A stretch of 27,010 nt of DNA from the IMG/VR virus record IMGVR_UViG_3300025082_000056, positions 1 through 27,010 of that record, one strand, 5' to 3'. The notes under the pieces are model-generated. The model was not told where the DNA came from, made no database searches, and was given only the letters and a program-made list of their open reading frames with translations. The first letter of the stretch is position 1, and every line of letters starts with the position of its first letter. The position numbers and the translations under genes were made by a program. Below, piece after piece: positions 5,158 to 13,662 of the stretch. Source of the DNA: a virus (lineage: Duplodnaviria; Caudoviricetes).

Positions 5158-7015
5158 TTCCCCAGGAATCTCCTAATTTTTTATCTACCACAAAGGGTAC
5201 TTTAAATTCGATACATCCTTCCATTATTTTCTTGATTTCTTCTGCCATTGATTCGTCTTTCACATTAAAACATAGTTCATCATGGATCTGTAAGATAGGT
5301 AGAAAGCCTGCGTCTGCACATGCTAACATTGCCTGTTTAGTTTGATCGGCTGATGATCCTTGTATTAATCTATTTAAGGCCTTATAGGTATAAGCCCTTT
5401 TAATATTGTCTCTTCCATACTTAGCGACTGCATTATCAAATGTTTCTGCAGTATGTAAGCCGAAGTCTCGAGGCTCCCACATATTGAACCTACACTTTCG
5501 ACCTTTTTTAGTTCTAATAATACCTTTCTCACTTGCGGTTTGCATACATCTATCGGATAATAGCTTCACAAATGGAACTTTATTGTTATATTTTGATATT
5601 AGCTGTGTTGCTTCTTCTTTTGATAATCCAAGAGAATTAGCTAGTTTATTCTTACCCATTCCATACATTAAACCTAATCCAATAGTCTTAGCTTGAGATC
5701 TTTCAATCCCTACTAAATCAGCTACAGTTTGGTGAAAGTCTGCACTAGCTTCATGATAAGCCTGGACTAATTCATTACTTCCTTCATAGCCGTCCCCTAT
5801 AGATGCTGCATAGTGAACCGTCATTCGTGGTTCTTGCTGCGAATAATCAAGGCTGCCCCACTTACATCCCTCTTCAGGAACAAATAAAGATCTAATCATA
5901 GGTCCAAACTCTTTGTTCCTAGCTGGAACCTGCTGCAGGTTAGGATGAGACATTGATAGTCTCCCCGACACAGTTCCGCCATTATCTGATCTCAGTTGAT
6001 TTATTTCACCGTGTATTCTTCCATCGACCTGGTACTTCATGATAGAAGATAAGAAGGTATTATGAAATTTATTTATTTCTCTTGCCTTAACAATTAACTT
6101 CGCAATTTTATGTTTACAGTTGAACAACCAGTTTTGGGTAAATGATGGCTCGTTTGTTTTTGCAGTCCTTGGGTACTCTATCTTCAACTTATCAAAAGCT
6201 ATGGCAATCTGGCGTGCTGCCCAAATGTCTATGTCTGTTCCTGATTCTTTTTTTATTGCCATCAACAATTCTTTTTCTTGGTGTCGCATTTTTGTTTGTA
6301 GTTGTTGAGCTAATTCCACTTGTACTCTTACCCCTCGTTGACGCATTTTTATAAGCACTGGTAATAAGTTAGACTCTAATTCCCATACTGTTCCTAGACT
6401 TTGATGAACAATTTCTTTTTTAAGTTGTTGCCACAGAAGGAACGTGAGTCGTGCATCTTGTTCAGCGTAAAATCCAACATGCTCCGCAGGTAACTTCCAC
6501 ATCTCGGCTTTGGGATCTACACCATGATCTTTAGCTGCTAAGATTAAATCTGTTTCTGCTTTAATCTCCCCCAGGTAATCTTTAGATAAAGCATTTAAAG
6601 AATAAGAGAATCTATTTTCATCAACGATAGCTGCAGCTACCATCGTATCAATTATCTCTCCATTAATTTTATAACCTTCCTTTTCTAACCAACCTACATC
6701 GTACTGAGCATTATGAAAAATTTTAGTGCAAGGTAAAGCACAAACATCTTTCATATATTTTTGTACTTGTTCCGGTATCATGTTACCCCCGCCGAAATGT
6801 TTAAAGGGATAGTATCCTTGCCAACCTTCAGTAGCTACTGCAAAACCTATAATGTTTCCATTACCTGTAGCCCATCCTGCCCCCAGGCCAGATGAGATGC
6901 CATCGTCTCTAGTTTCTAAATCAATTGCTATTTCTTTTGCCTGTGAAAGATCTTTATATTCTGCAGGACAAGACCAAATATGTTTTTTAAAGTTCATTGA
7001 TAATTGTAAACTCAT
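5147..7015 (-). CDS. polA: Family A DNA polymerase with 3'-5' exonuclease domain (no 5'-3' exonuclease)
   Basis: Exo I DLETRD, Exo II FHNAQYD, Exo III YAEQDA; TVSGRLS/PNLQQVP; motif A DYSQQEPR; motif B RSQAKTIGLGLMYG; motif C QIHDEL. Confidence 0.97.
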   Translation of the reverse strand: MSLQLSMNFKKHIWSCPAEYKDLSQAKEIAIDLETRDDGISSGLGAGWATGNGNIIGFAVATEGWQGYYPFKHFGGGNMIPEQVQKYMKDVCALPCTKIFHNAQYDVGWLEKEGYKINGEIIDTMVAAAIVDENRFSYSLNALSKDYLGEIKAETDLILAAKDHGVDPKAEMWKLPAEHVGFYAEQDARLTFLLWQQLKKEIVHQSLGTVWELESNLLPVLIKMRQRGVRVQVELAQQLQTKMRHQEKELLMAIKKESGTDIDIWAARQIAIAFDKLKIEYPRTAKTNEPSFTQNWLFNCKHKIAKLIVKAREINKFHNTFLSSIMKYQVDGRIHGEINQLRSDNGGTVSGRLSMSHPNLQQVPARNKEFGPMIRSLFVPEEGCKWGSLDYSQQEPRMTVHYAASIGDGYEGSNELVQAYHEASADFHQTVADLVGIERSQAKTIGLGLMYGMGKNKLANSLGLSKEEATQLISKYNNKVPFVKLLSDRCMQTASEKGIIRTKKGRKCRFNMWEPRDFGLHTAETFDNAVAKYGRDNIKRAYTYKALNRLIQGSSADQTKQAMLACADAGFLPILQIHDELCFNVKDESMAEEIKKIMEGCIEFKVPFVVDKKLGDSWGNAK

Positions 7016-7251
7016 GCGTAGTCTCTCTCTTTAATTATTTCTAGGCAATGAATTGCTTTATCAATGCTTTTTTCTTTTCCTTTAAGCCTATGTCTACAAA
7101 TATATTTAATAGCTTCTCCTTCCGCCCATTCCAAATGATTTTCTGAAATGAATTGGGCTGGTTCAATTTTAAATCCTTTATAATGAGTTCCATCTACTTG
7201 TTTATGTAGACTTGCGTAAGTAGTTTCCTTAAAGAGGTCTTTGTCCGTCAT
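7012..7251 (-). CDS. DUF3310 family protein (SaV-like / T7 gp1.7-related)
   Basis: KQVDGTHYK...IEPAQFI...EGEAIKYICRH..KGKEKSIDKAIHCLE signature; AAGGAG SD. Confidence 0.85.
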   Translation of the reverse strand: MTDKDLFKETTYASLHKQVDGTHYKGFKIEPAQFISENHLEWAEGEAIKYICRHRLKGKEKSIDKAIHCLEIIKERDYA

Positions 7252-7393
7252 CCTTTTTCTCCTTCCTATGCAATCTTATCTGAGCTTCTTCTGTTATTTT
7301 TAATATATCTTTCCACCCAGTTTCTTTTTTAATTTTCTTTATCATATTTTTTAAGTCTTGATAATACTGTTTATCTGGTTTGTTCTTGAACAT
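7229..7393 (-). CDS. Small basic hypothetical protein, 54 aa; not in ORF track
   Basis: MFKNKPDKQYYQDLKNMIKKIKKETGWKDILKITEEAQIRLHRKEKKDDGQRPL; bridges the helicase and DUF3310 genes with 23-nt overlaps at both ends. Confidence 0.7.
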   Translation of the reverse strand: MFKNKPDKQYYQDLKNMIKKIKKETGWKDILKITEEAQIRLHRKEKKDDGQRPL

Positions 7394-9008
7394 AAACTAA
7401 ATAATCTGCTCCCAATGGATAGTTATATTTGTAATCCGTTGTTAACAAATGAATCGTATCTCTAGCACGAGTTGCACCTGTATACCAGACTTTTTTTTCA
7501 TCAATTTTTTCTTGTTTTGTTTTCCTTTTAAAGTTGGATGGAAAATTTCCTTTTCCATATAAGACAACGTGATTAGCCTCTCCCCCTTTTACTGAATGAA
7601 TTGTATCAATAATAATCTGGGGGTCTTCATCGAGTTGTTTTTGACCATACCGACGAAGGAGTCTTAAAAAATAAATAATTTGTCGTGGAGTAAAATTTCT
7701 TCTTAAAATCCACCACCATTGTTTCTGCTGCGCTTCATCAGGTAGATCTAATCCACACCATTCTTTTAAATCTTTAAAATTATACTCTTTAAAATCAGGT
7801 TCATTAATCCAAAATTTAGTAGCTCTGTAGTCTGAACTTTTAAGTTCTCTAATATACTTATACATTTTTTCTGCTTGACGTTTATCTATTTTTTTACCGG
7901 AAGATATTCTGGTCCAAGCTTTAATGGCTTCCCATTGAGAGGGATCAAAACATTTATTATTATCATTATCTGAATAATATAATCCTGCATCTTTGGCTAC
8001 CATTCTTAATTCATTTACTGTGCTATTAATTCTTCCTAAGATGTACCAAGTTCCTTCTAATTGAGAAAAAGGAATCTCCTTAAAATTTAAATATCTTTTT
8101 ACAAATCCTTTTTTATCTACATGTTCGTAATCTTTTTCTTCACTATCTAATATACCTCTTCGAATAATTTGGGAGAAATGATGAACTGCTTCTCCAAATC
8201 TTTTTGTCTTTCTTAATTTAACTTTTCGTCCTGGAAAGAAAGTTGTAAAATATTTAGGATCAGCACCATTCCATTTATATATTCCTTGGTCATCATCTCC
8301 TGCTAAATAAATTCTATCTATCTTATCTGCCATTTTGTAAATGACAGACCATTGTAATGGAGTACAATCCTGAGCTTCATCCAGTATTAATATTTTAAGG
8401 GGTGGAAAATTTACTTCATCAATTGCTCTTTCAATCATATCATCAAAATCTATAAAGGATCTTTCCCCTCCAGACTTCTTATAATTTTCATAAGTTTTTA
8501 TTTTTCTTATAAATACATCTAATGAATCTCTTTTGTATGATTCTCTTTTATAGATGTCAGTTGGGTTGGCTAACATATTTCGGGCTTTACTATAAATAGA
8601 TAAAGACCAATCCTTATAAGTAAAATTATCATCAGCTAATCTTTTATCACTACTCTTAACAATTTTAGTTTGTAATGCATAATCAATCATACAATCTTTA
8701 GGATCAAAAACTTCCTCTTCAAAATATCTTCTGCAATATTTGTGAAGTGTTTTAAATCTTTCAAAATCGTTAGTGTTGTATTTAGGAAAAGCTTTTACTG
8801 CTCTTTCCACCGCCGTGTTAACTGCTTTATTAGTAAAAGAAATAAAAGCTATTTCATTTGGATTAACACCTTTTTTTAAATGTCGTTTAAGTACTCTTTC
8901 AATAAGTGTGTGGGTTTTACCTGTGCCTGGGGGTCCAAAAATTTTAATCGTTTTGTGGTATAGGCTTTTTAGATTCTGTAGTTCTGAATTTTCCGGTATG
9001 GAATTCAT
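7371..9008 (-). CDS. UvrD/Rep/PcrA-like superfamily 1 DNA helicase
   Basis: GPPGTGKT, SFTNKAV, TLHKY, LDEAQD, AGDDDQGIYKWNGA, TIHSVKGGEA, YTGATRA motifs. Confidence 0.95.
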   Translation of the reverse strand: MNSIPENSELQNLKSLYHKTIKIFGPPGTGKTHTLIERVLKRHLKKGVNPNEIAFISFTNKAVNTAVERAVKAFPKYNTNDFERFKTLHKYCRRYFEEEVFDPKDCMIDYALQTKIVKSSDKRLADDNFTYKDWSLSIYSKARNMLANPTDIYKRESYKRDSLDVFIRKIKTYENYKKSGGERSFIDFDDMIERAIDEVNFPPLKILILDEAQDCTPLQWSVIYKMADKIDRIYLAGDDDQGIYKWNGADPKYFTTFFPGRKVKLRKTKRFGEAVHHFSQIIRRGILDSEEKDYEHVDKKGFVKRYLNFKEIPFSQLEGTWYILGRINSTVNELRMVAKDAGLYYSDNDNNKCFDPSQWEAIKAWTRISSGKKIDKRQAEKMYKYIRELKSSDYRATKFWINEPDFKEYNFKDLKEWCGLDLPDEAQQKQWWWILRRNFTPRQIIYFLRLLRRYGQKQLDEDPQIIIDTIHSVKGGEANHVVLYGKGNFPSNFKRKTKQEKIDEKKVWYTGATRARDTIHLLTTDYKYNYPLGADYLVYVQEQTR

Positions 9009-10533
9009 CGTCTAGCTCCGTTGTGGTTTTCTTCTTTGTGGTTTGTTTTATCTTAACATGGTTTACAAACTCAGGCATGGTTACATACCATACATTTTGT
9101 ACCCCTTCAAAATAGTCATGTCTTTGGCAGCCTAATAATTGAAAAGCCTCCATAGTATTTTTAAATTTTTTATTTCCTGGACGCGATAACCAATTATTAA
9201 GTGTACTTCTTTTGAAATAACACATATTAGTTTTAGAATCTAAAACTACATATCCATCTTTAAGTTTTTCAAAATCATCTTGTTCAATTGTTTGTTCAAA
9301 AAAAGCTTTTAGCACATCATATTTTTCTTCTTCAATAGTATCTGTATATTTAGCTTGCTCATTTTCAATGGCTCTTTTAGTAAGTTCTTGTAACATTAAC
9401 TCAAACAAGGAGGGACCTTTTCTTTGTCTTGGAAGAGTCATCCAATATAATCCATACTTTAATAATTTAATTCTCCAACATTTCTCATCTCGCATGTCTT
9501 CGGGTTCCACCGTGATCCGTTGTTCTTTGTAAGTGAAACTAAAATAAATAGTTTTAGAATCTCGTGTATAAATAATATCTTCGAACTCATCCATAATGTC
9601 AGGAACCTGCGGTCCTATCCCTAGCTTACGAAGTTTACATAAGTCTTTATTACAAATAGGTGTTAACTCATTATGTTTAGGAGGACATTTATAATGATAG
9701 CTACTTTGCTTAACTGATTTAGCTACAGCTTTAGCCTCATTAATACTTAAAGGTTTAAGAAAGCATTGTTTGTTTCTTTGAACAGCTATTTCTTGGAAAG
9801 TTTTAAGATCTAGATTACCATCTGTTTTTTTATTTTCCAAAATCATTACATTAAATAAGAAATTATTACGATTGTTAGATGGCCAAGGTTCTGTTATAAG
9901 TTTCTGAACACAAGGAGGATAGTGCTGCCAATCAGCTTCAGGTTCATATGCATTTGTTTTTAAGTTGTATAATTCCTTTACTGTTAGTCTTCGTTGTTCT
10001 GCTAGATCTAAAAAGGCTCCTATCATCAACGGATTTGAGTTATCATCAAATGCAAATTCTACTGTTGCGTTCATTTTGTAGTATGGCATTGTTACTGCTT
10101 TATTCATTGGGAATACTTCATTAGCCATAAAAAAAGTATCATTCCATTCATCAAGTTTTTTACGGACATCCTCTACCGATGCCCAATCTTTTAAAAATAA
10201 AAATAAATGTAATCCTCCAGATTTAGATTTAACTGGAATTAAGGGAAGTTGATACTCTTTTATAATATCAACATATTTTTTTTGAGAATAATTTTTATAG
10301 GTAGCAGGGTCTACATCAATACAACCCCATTTAACTTTATCGTTGTTTTCTGGACGGAGGCCCATACGAGTTACTCCGTCCAAATGGGATTGCCAAACCT
10401 TTTTCGTCACAGGTTCGTGAACCGTGCGATATTCAGCTTGGCGCTTCCCTCGTTCATCGACTTCCCCTGTCAGGGAAGTCGTAATGAACTTGTCAGGATC
10501 CCCTTCAAAAAGATCTACTAACCGTTGGAGCAT
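8944..10533 (-). CDS. Archaeo-eukaryotic-type (AEP) DNA primase with Cys-containing accessory domain
   Basis: hhhDhD (GCIDVD) and SKSGGLHLF catalytic motifs; PPC...NRNN...YKC...PICNKDLC region; lies between SSB and helicase. Confidence 0.85.
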   Translation of the reverse strand: MLQRLVDLFEGDPDKFITTSLTGEVDERGKRQAEYRTVHEPVTKKVWQSHLDGVTRMGLRPENNDKVKWGCIDVDPATYKNYSQKKYVDIIKEYQLPLIPVKSKSGGLHLFLFLKDWASVEDVRKKLDEWNDTFFMANEVFPMNKAVTMPYYKMNATVEFAFDDNSNPLMIGAFLDLAEQRRLTVKELYNLKTNAYEPEADWQHYPPCVQKLITEPWPSNNRNNFLFNVMILENKKTDGNLDLKTFQEIAVQRNKQCFLKPLSINEAKAVAKSVKQSSYHYKCPPKHNELTPICNKDLCKLRKLGIGPQVPDIMDEFEDIIYTRDSKTIYFSFTYKEQRITVEPEDMRDEKCWRIKLLKYGLYWMTLPRQRKGPSLFELMLQELTKRAIENEQAKYTDTIEEEKYDVLKAFFEQTIEQDDFEKLKDGYVVLDSKTNMCYFKRSTLNNWLSRPGNKKFKNTMEAFQLLGCQRHDYFEGVQNVWYVTMPEFVNHVKIKQTTKKKTTTELDDEFHTGKFRTTESKKPIPQND

Positions 10534-10535
10534 CT

Positions 10536-11354
10536 TTAGAACGGTGTAGCAGTTTTCTTAGTTTCCTGATTTATATCCGTTGACGAATAATCAACCTTAC
10601 CAAAGATATCCATTGCTTTCGCGGTGTTATAAAACTCGCGAGTAATCTCAAGAGACTTAGCATGTTTTTCAGTAGTTAAAAAGTCGTTAAACTCTACTAC
10701 CCATCCATACCAATGGTTTTGAGAATTGGATTCCTTAGTAGTTGTCAACTTATAAGTAGTCGCCCATGTAGGCGGTCTAAAGAAACCTTTAGCACCTTTC
10801 ATTCGACGAGTTTGCATCATCGAATTCCAAGTTTTAGATTTCTTCTTTTGAGTTGACTTCATGCTAATTAATGCCTGCTCTTGAGGAATATAATCTTTAT
10901 CTAAGATAAAGACAAAATGATTCCCTGTGTCTTCGACATAATTACCATTAGGTAGCCTATCCTTATTATCATCACCTCTATTAGTGTCTGACATAATCGC
11001 TGGATCGGTATGTATTTTTACAGGTCGTCCAGGACTGTCGCCTCTGTCTTTCCACTCATTGAAAGTGTTGATATATAAACAAGGAACAACAATGATACCT
11101 TCTTTTCCTTTCCACAGATTACCTGTAACTTCATTGTAGATATCGCCTTGTTTGGCTGTCTCAATATACTTACCATCATCTTCGTTTAATACCGGAGAGT
11201 TGGCATAAAGTATTTTGAGTATTGGAAGCTTAGTGTCTCGAGCTGTTATAAACTCTTGACCCTCGCCAGCGGATCCTTCCAAATCTATTGCTTGTGGCAA
11301 GTTTTGCTTTTTTTTCTCTAACTCTTTAGCTTGAGCCGTGTTTGCTTGTTGCAT
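10536..11354 (-). CDS. Putative phage single-stranded DNA-binding protein
   Basis: LPILKIL, EDTGNHFV, ISMKSTQKKKSKTWNS and WYGWVV motifs, C-terminal PF, position in the replication operon; AAGGAGG SD. Confidence 0.75.
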   Translation of the reverse strand: MQQANTAQAKELEKKKQNLPQAIDLEGSAGEGQEFITARDTKLPILKILYANSPVLNEDDGKYIETAKQGDIYNEVTGNLWKGKEGIIVVPCLYINTFNEWKDRGDSPGRPVKIHTDPAIMSDTNRGDDNKDRLPNGNYVEDTGNHFVFILDKDYIPQEQALISMKSTQKKKSKTWNSMMQTRRMKGAKGFFRPPTWATTYKLTTTKESNSQNHWYGWVVEFNDFLTTEKHAKSLEITREFYNTAKAMDIFGKVDYSSTDINQETKKTATPF

Positions 11355-11899
11355 TATTCCTCCTTCGTGGTTAGTTTAGTTTTACTAGCAACATACACAC
11401 CGAAAACATCAGATGGAACATTCTTACCTTCTTGAATTTGTTCTTTTACAAACGCCTTCAAAGTCATAGGCTCCACCTTTTCGGCCTGTTTAACGTTGTG
11501 GCCTTTATCTCTTAACTCCGCAACAAGAGATTTAGCTTCATTATCTTGTTTACGTTGAAAAGTGACCATAACATTATTTTTTATTAAATCCCCATGACCA
11601 TTATCTCGAAGCCAAGTAAAGGCTTCTTCGGTTCTGGATATAGGAATTCTTGCAGAGTAGAATGGTTTAACTTCTACCCTTGTACCATCATTAAGTTTAA
11701 TTAATGTAGTACCTGCTTTGTGCATTAAGTCTGGAATAGTTTGCTCAGAAAGAGTAGTTTCAGTATTTTTTAACCATTTAAGTTTTTCTTCAAACGCTGA
11801 TATTTCATTCTGAGTTTCCAATAACTTATTGCAAGACTTAGCGATGTCTATTGTCATCGCTGTATCAACCTTTATGGTTGACTCTGCTTCTAAGTCCAT
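11354..11899 (-). CDS. Conserved phage replication-module protein of unknown function
   Basis: N-terminal coiled coil, IPDLM, AFTWLRDNGHGDLIKN and VEPMTLKAFVKE motifs; AGGAGG SD at 11905-11910. Confidence 0.85.
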   Translation of the reverse strand: MDLEAESTIKVDTAMTIDIAKSCNKLLETQNEISAFEEKLKWLKNTETTLSEQTIPDLMHKAGTTLIKLNDGTRVEVKPFYSARIPISRTEEAFTWLRDNGHGDLIKNNVMVTFQRKQDNEAKSLVAELRDKGHNVKQAEKVEPMTLKAFVKEQIQEGKNVPSDVFGVYVASKTKLTTKEE

Positions 11900-11919
11900 A
11901 AGATCCTCCTTTTCCCATC

Positions 11920-11948
11920 TTCATACAAAATCTCATTGACGAAAGCAA
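11920..11948 (-). promoter_or_regulatory. sigma70-like promoter of the replication operon
   Basis: TTGCTT(11948-11943)-N17-TATGAA(11925-11920), followed by a short leader with AGGAGG. Confidence 0.55.
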
Positions 11949-11964
11949 GAAAAAAATATAAAAA
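11936..11964 (+). promoter_or_regulatory. sigma70-like promoter of the SNF2 helicase, predicted leaderless
   Basis: TTGACG(11936-11941)-N17-TAAAAA(11959-11964)-N6-ATG(11971); no SD. Confidence 0.6.
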
Positions 11965-11970
11965 TTTTTT

Positions 11971-13392
11971 ATGCAAAAATATGCATATAAAACTAATCCC
12001 TACGAACATCAAAGAATTGCTTTAAATCAAGGAGCCCTTCTTAAAAACTATGCTTATTTTATGGAAATGGGTACAGGTAAAACAAAAGTAGCTATAGATA
12101 ATGCATCCTATTTATGGCAAATTAAAGAAATTACAGAATGTGTAGTTATTGCACCTAATTCCGTTTATACCAATTGGGTCCAAGAAATATTAACTCATTG
12201 TCCCCTTACTACTAATGTGTGGTGTTGGAAAATTGATAAAGATAAAAAATTAGTTAAATTTGATAAAGAAAACAAACTTTCCTTTATTTTAATGAATGTT
12301 GAGGCTTTGTCTCATAAATCTGGACAAAAATGGTTGCAAAATAGAATCAATCTAAATGGAAAATCAATGATGATGATTATTGACGAAAGCACAACCATAA
12401 AAAACCCAACAGCACTACGCACCAAAGCAATCTGTAAATTAGGTACAGCGGTAAAATACCGAAGAATATTAACGGGATCGCCAATAACAAAGTCTCCATT
12501 AGACCTTTATACTCAATGTGCCTTTTTAAGTAAAGCATTATTAGGGTTTGAATCTTTCTATACATTCAGAGCTAGATATGCCGTGATGCACCAAATACAA
12601 ATGGGAGGTAATCAAATATTAGTTCCTAAATACTATACAAATTTAGATGAATTAGAATGGAAATTAAAATCATTTTCTTACAGAGTTAAAAAAGATGAGT
12701 GCCTAGATCTGCCACCTAAATTGTATCAACAGCGGCAAGTTAATTTATCTACAGAACAAGCAACAGTTTATAATCGGTTAAAGAAAAGAGCTAGAGCCAT
12801 CATTGAAGATAAAACCGTTAGTTTTAATAATAAGTTGACAGAAATATTAAGACTACATCAGGTATGCCAGGGATTCTTAAAAACAGATGAGGGCACAATT
12901 CATGAATTTAAAAATAATCCTAAATTAAAAGAATTAATGGCTGTGTTAGAAGAAAGTGATGGGAAGGTTATTATATGGGCTAACTATGTGTATAATATAA
13001 AACAAATTAAAGCAGCCCTGGAGGAACGCTATGGAAAAAATTCAGTGGTTTCGATATTCGGAGAAGTTGATGTCGAAGGTCGTAAAAATGCTGTTAATAA
13101 CTTTCAGCGTAGTGACAGATGTCAGTTCCTTGTTGGTAATCCTGCTACTGGTGGTTATGGTCTCACCCTTACTGCTGCTCGGTATGTTGTATATTTCAGT
13201 AATTCTTACAATCTTGAGGTACGGTGGCAAAGTGAAGACCGCGCACATCGTATTGGCCAAAAAGATAAAGTCACTTATATCGACTTAATGGTACCCGAAT
13301 CATTAGATGTGATGATTATGTCTGCTCTTGATAGAAAGATTAAATTAAGTGCTCAAACTCTTGGAGAAGAAGCAAAGCGATTTTTGTCGTAA
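11971..13392 (+). CDS. SNF2-family (SF2) helicase/ATPase
   Basis: FMEMGTGKT, IIDESTTIKN, LTGSP, GYGLTLTAA, QSEDRAHRIGQ motifs. Confidence 0.95.
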   Translation: MQKYAYKTNPYEHQRIALNQGALLKNYAYFMEMGTGKTKVAIDNASYLWQIKEITECVVIAPNSVYTNWVQEILTHCPLTTNVWCWKIDKDKKLVKFDKENKLSFILMNVEALSHKSGQKWLQNRINLNGKSMMMIIDESTTIKNPTALRTKAICKLGTAVKYRRILTGSPITKSPLDLYTQCAFLSKALLGFESFYTFRARYAVMHQIQMGGNQILVPKYYTNLDELEWKLKSFSYRVKKDECLDLPPKLYQQRQVNLSTEQATVYNRLKKRARAIIEDKTVSFNNKLTEILRLHQVCQGFLKTDEGTIHEFKNNPKLKELMAVLEESDGKVIIWANYVYNIKQIKAALEERYGKNSVVSIFGEVDVEGRKNAVNNFQRSDRCQFLVGNPATGGYGLTLTAARYVVYFSNSYNLEVRWQSEDRAHRIGQKDKVTYIDLMVPESLDVMIMSALDRKIKLSAQTLGEEAKRFLS

Positions 13393-13482
13393 GGAAAAAA
13401 TTGTCGCGGCTAGAATTAAACCTGTCACACAGTCGTCCTTCTAGAATTCAATAAAAATATTTTTTCTTAAAATTTTTAAAAA
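13384..13482. repeat. Short direct repeats and AT-rich palindromes in an intergenic spacer
   Basis: TTGTCG at 13384 and 13401; CTAGAATT at 13410 and 13441; palindromes AAAAATATTTTT (13453-13464) and TTAAAA-T-TTTTAA (13467-13479). Confidence 0.5.
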
Positions 13483-13489
13483 CTCAATT

Positions 13490-13498
13490 TGGTATAAT
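13490..13498 (+). promoter_or_regulatory. Extended -10 promoter
   Basis: TGGTATAAT (TGn + TATAAT) upstream of AAGGAG SD and ATG 13525. Confidence 0.6.
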
Positions 13499-13524
13499 AG
13501 GGAAATATAAAAAAAGGAGCACGA

Positions 13525-13662
13525 ATGACGTTTGAATGGAAACATCCGAAATACTATAAAGAGTTAGTCAGAATAAGAAAGGAAGAAGAAGAAAAAGAAA
13601 AAGCTAAAGAAGAAAGAGATGGGAAACAATGGGAGGAGAAGTTTGAATTGGAAAAAATTTAA
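13525..13662 (+). CDS. Small charged hypothetical protein, 45 aa; not in ORF track
   Basis: AAGGAG SD; MTFEWKHPKYYKELVRIRKEEEEKEKAKEERDGKQWEEKFELEKI; stop overlaps the convergent stop (TTAA, 13659-13662). Confidence 0.8.
   Translation: MTFEWKHPKYYKELVRIRKEEEEKEKAKEERDGKQWEEKFELEKI

Noticed and set aside
4840-7015. Group I intron or intein in polA associated with the LAGLIDADG ORF
   Set aside because: PolA is continuous with all motifs at normal spacing; the endonuclease is a separate downstream ORF without splice-junction residues.
5070-10521. + strand ORFs 5070-5345, 5406-5696, 6120-6308, 6142-6354, 6852-7034, 8773-9015 and 10249-10521
   Set aside because: Antisense shadows of the polymerase, helicase, primase and endonuclease genes, with no motifs or expression signals.
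12377-13288. ORFs 12377-12565, 13031-13288 and 13042-13260 inside the SNF2 gene
   Set aside because: Fully nested in a conserved gene. 13031 has GGAGG upstream, but this arises from Leu-Glu-Glu codons and the product is implausible.
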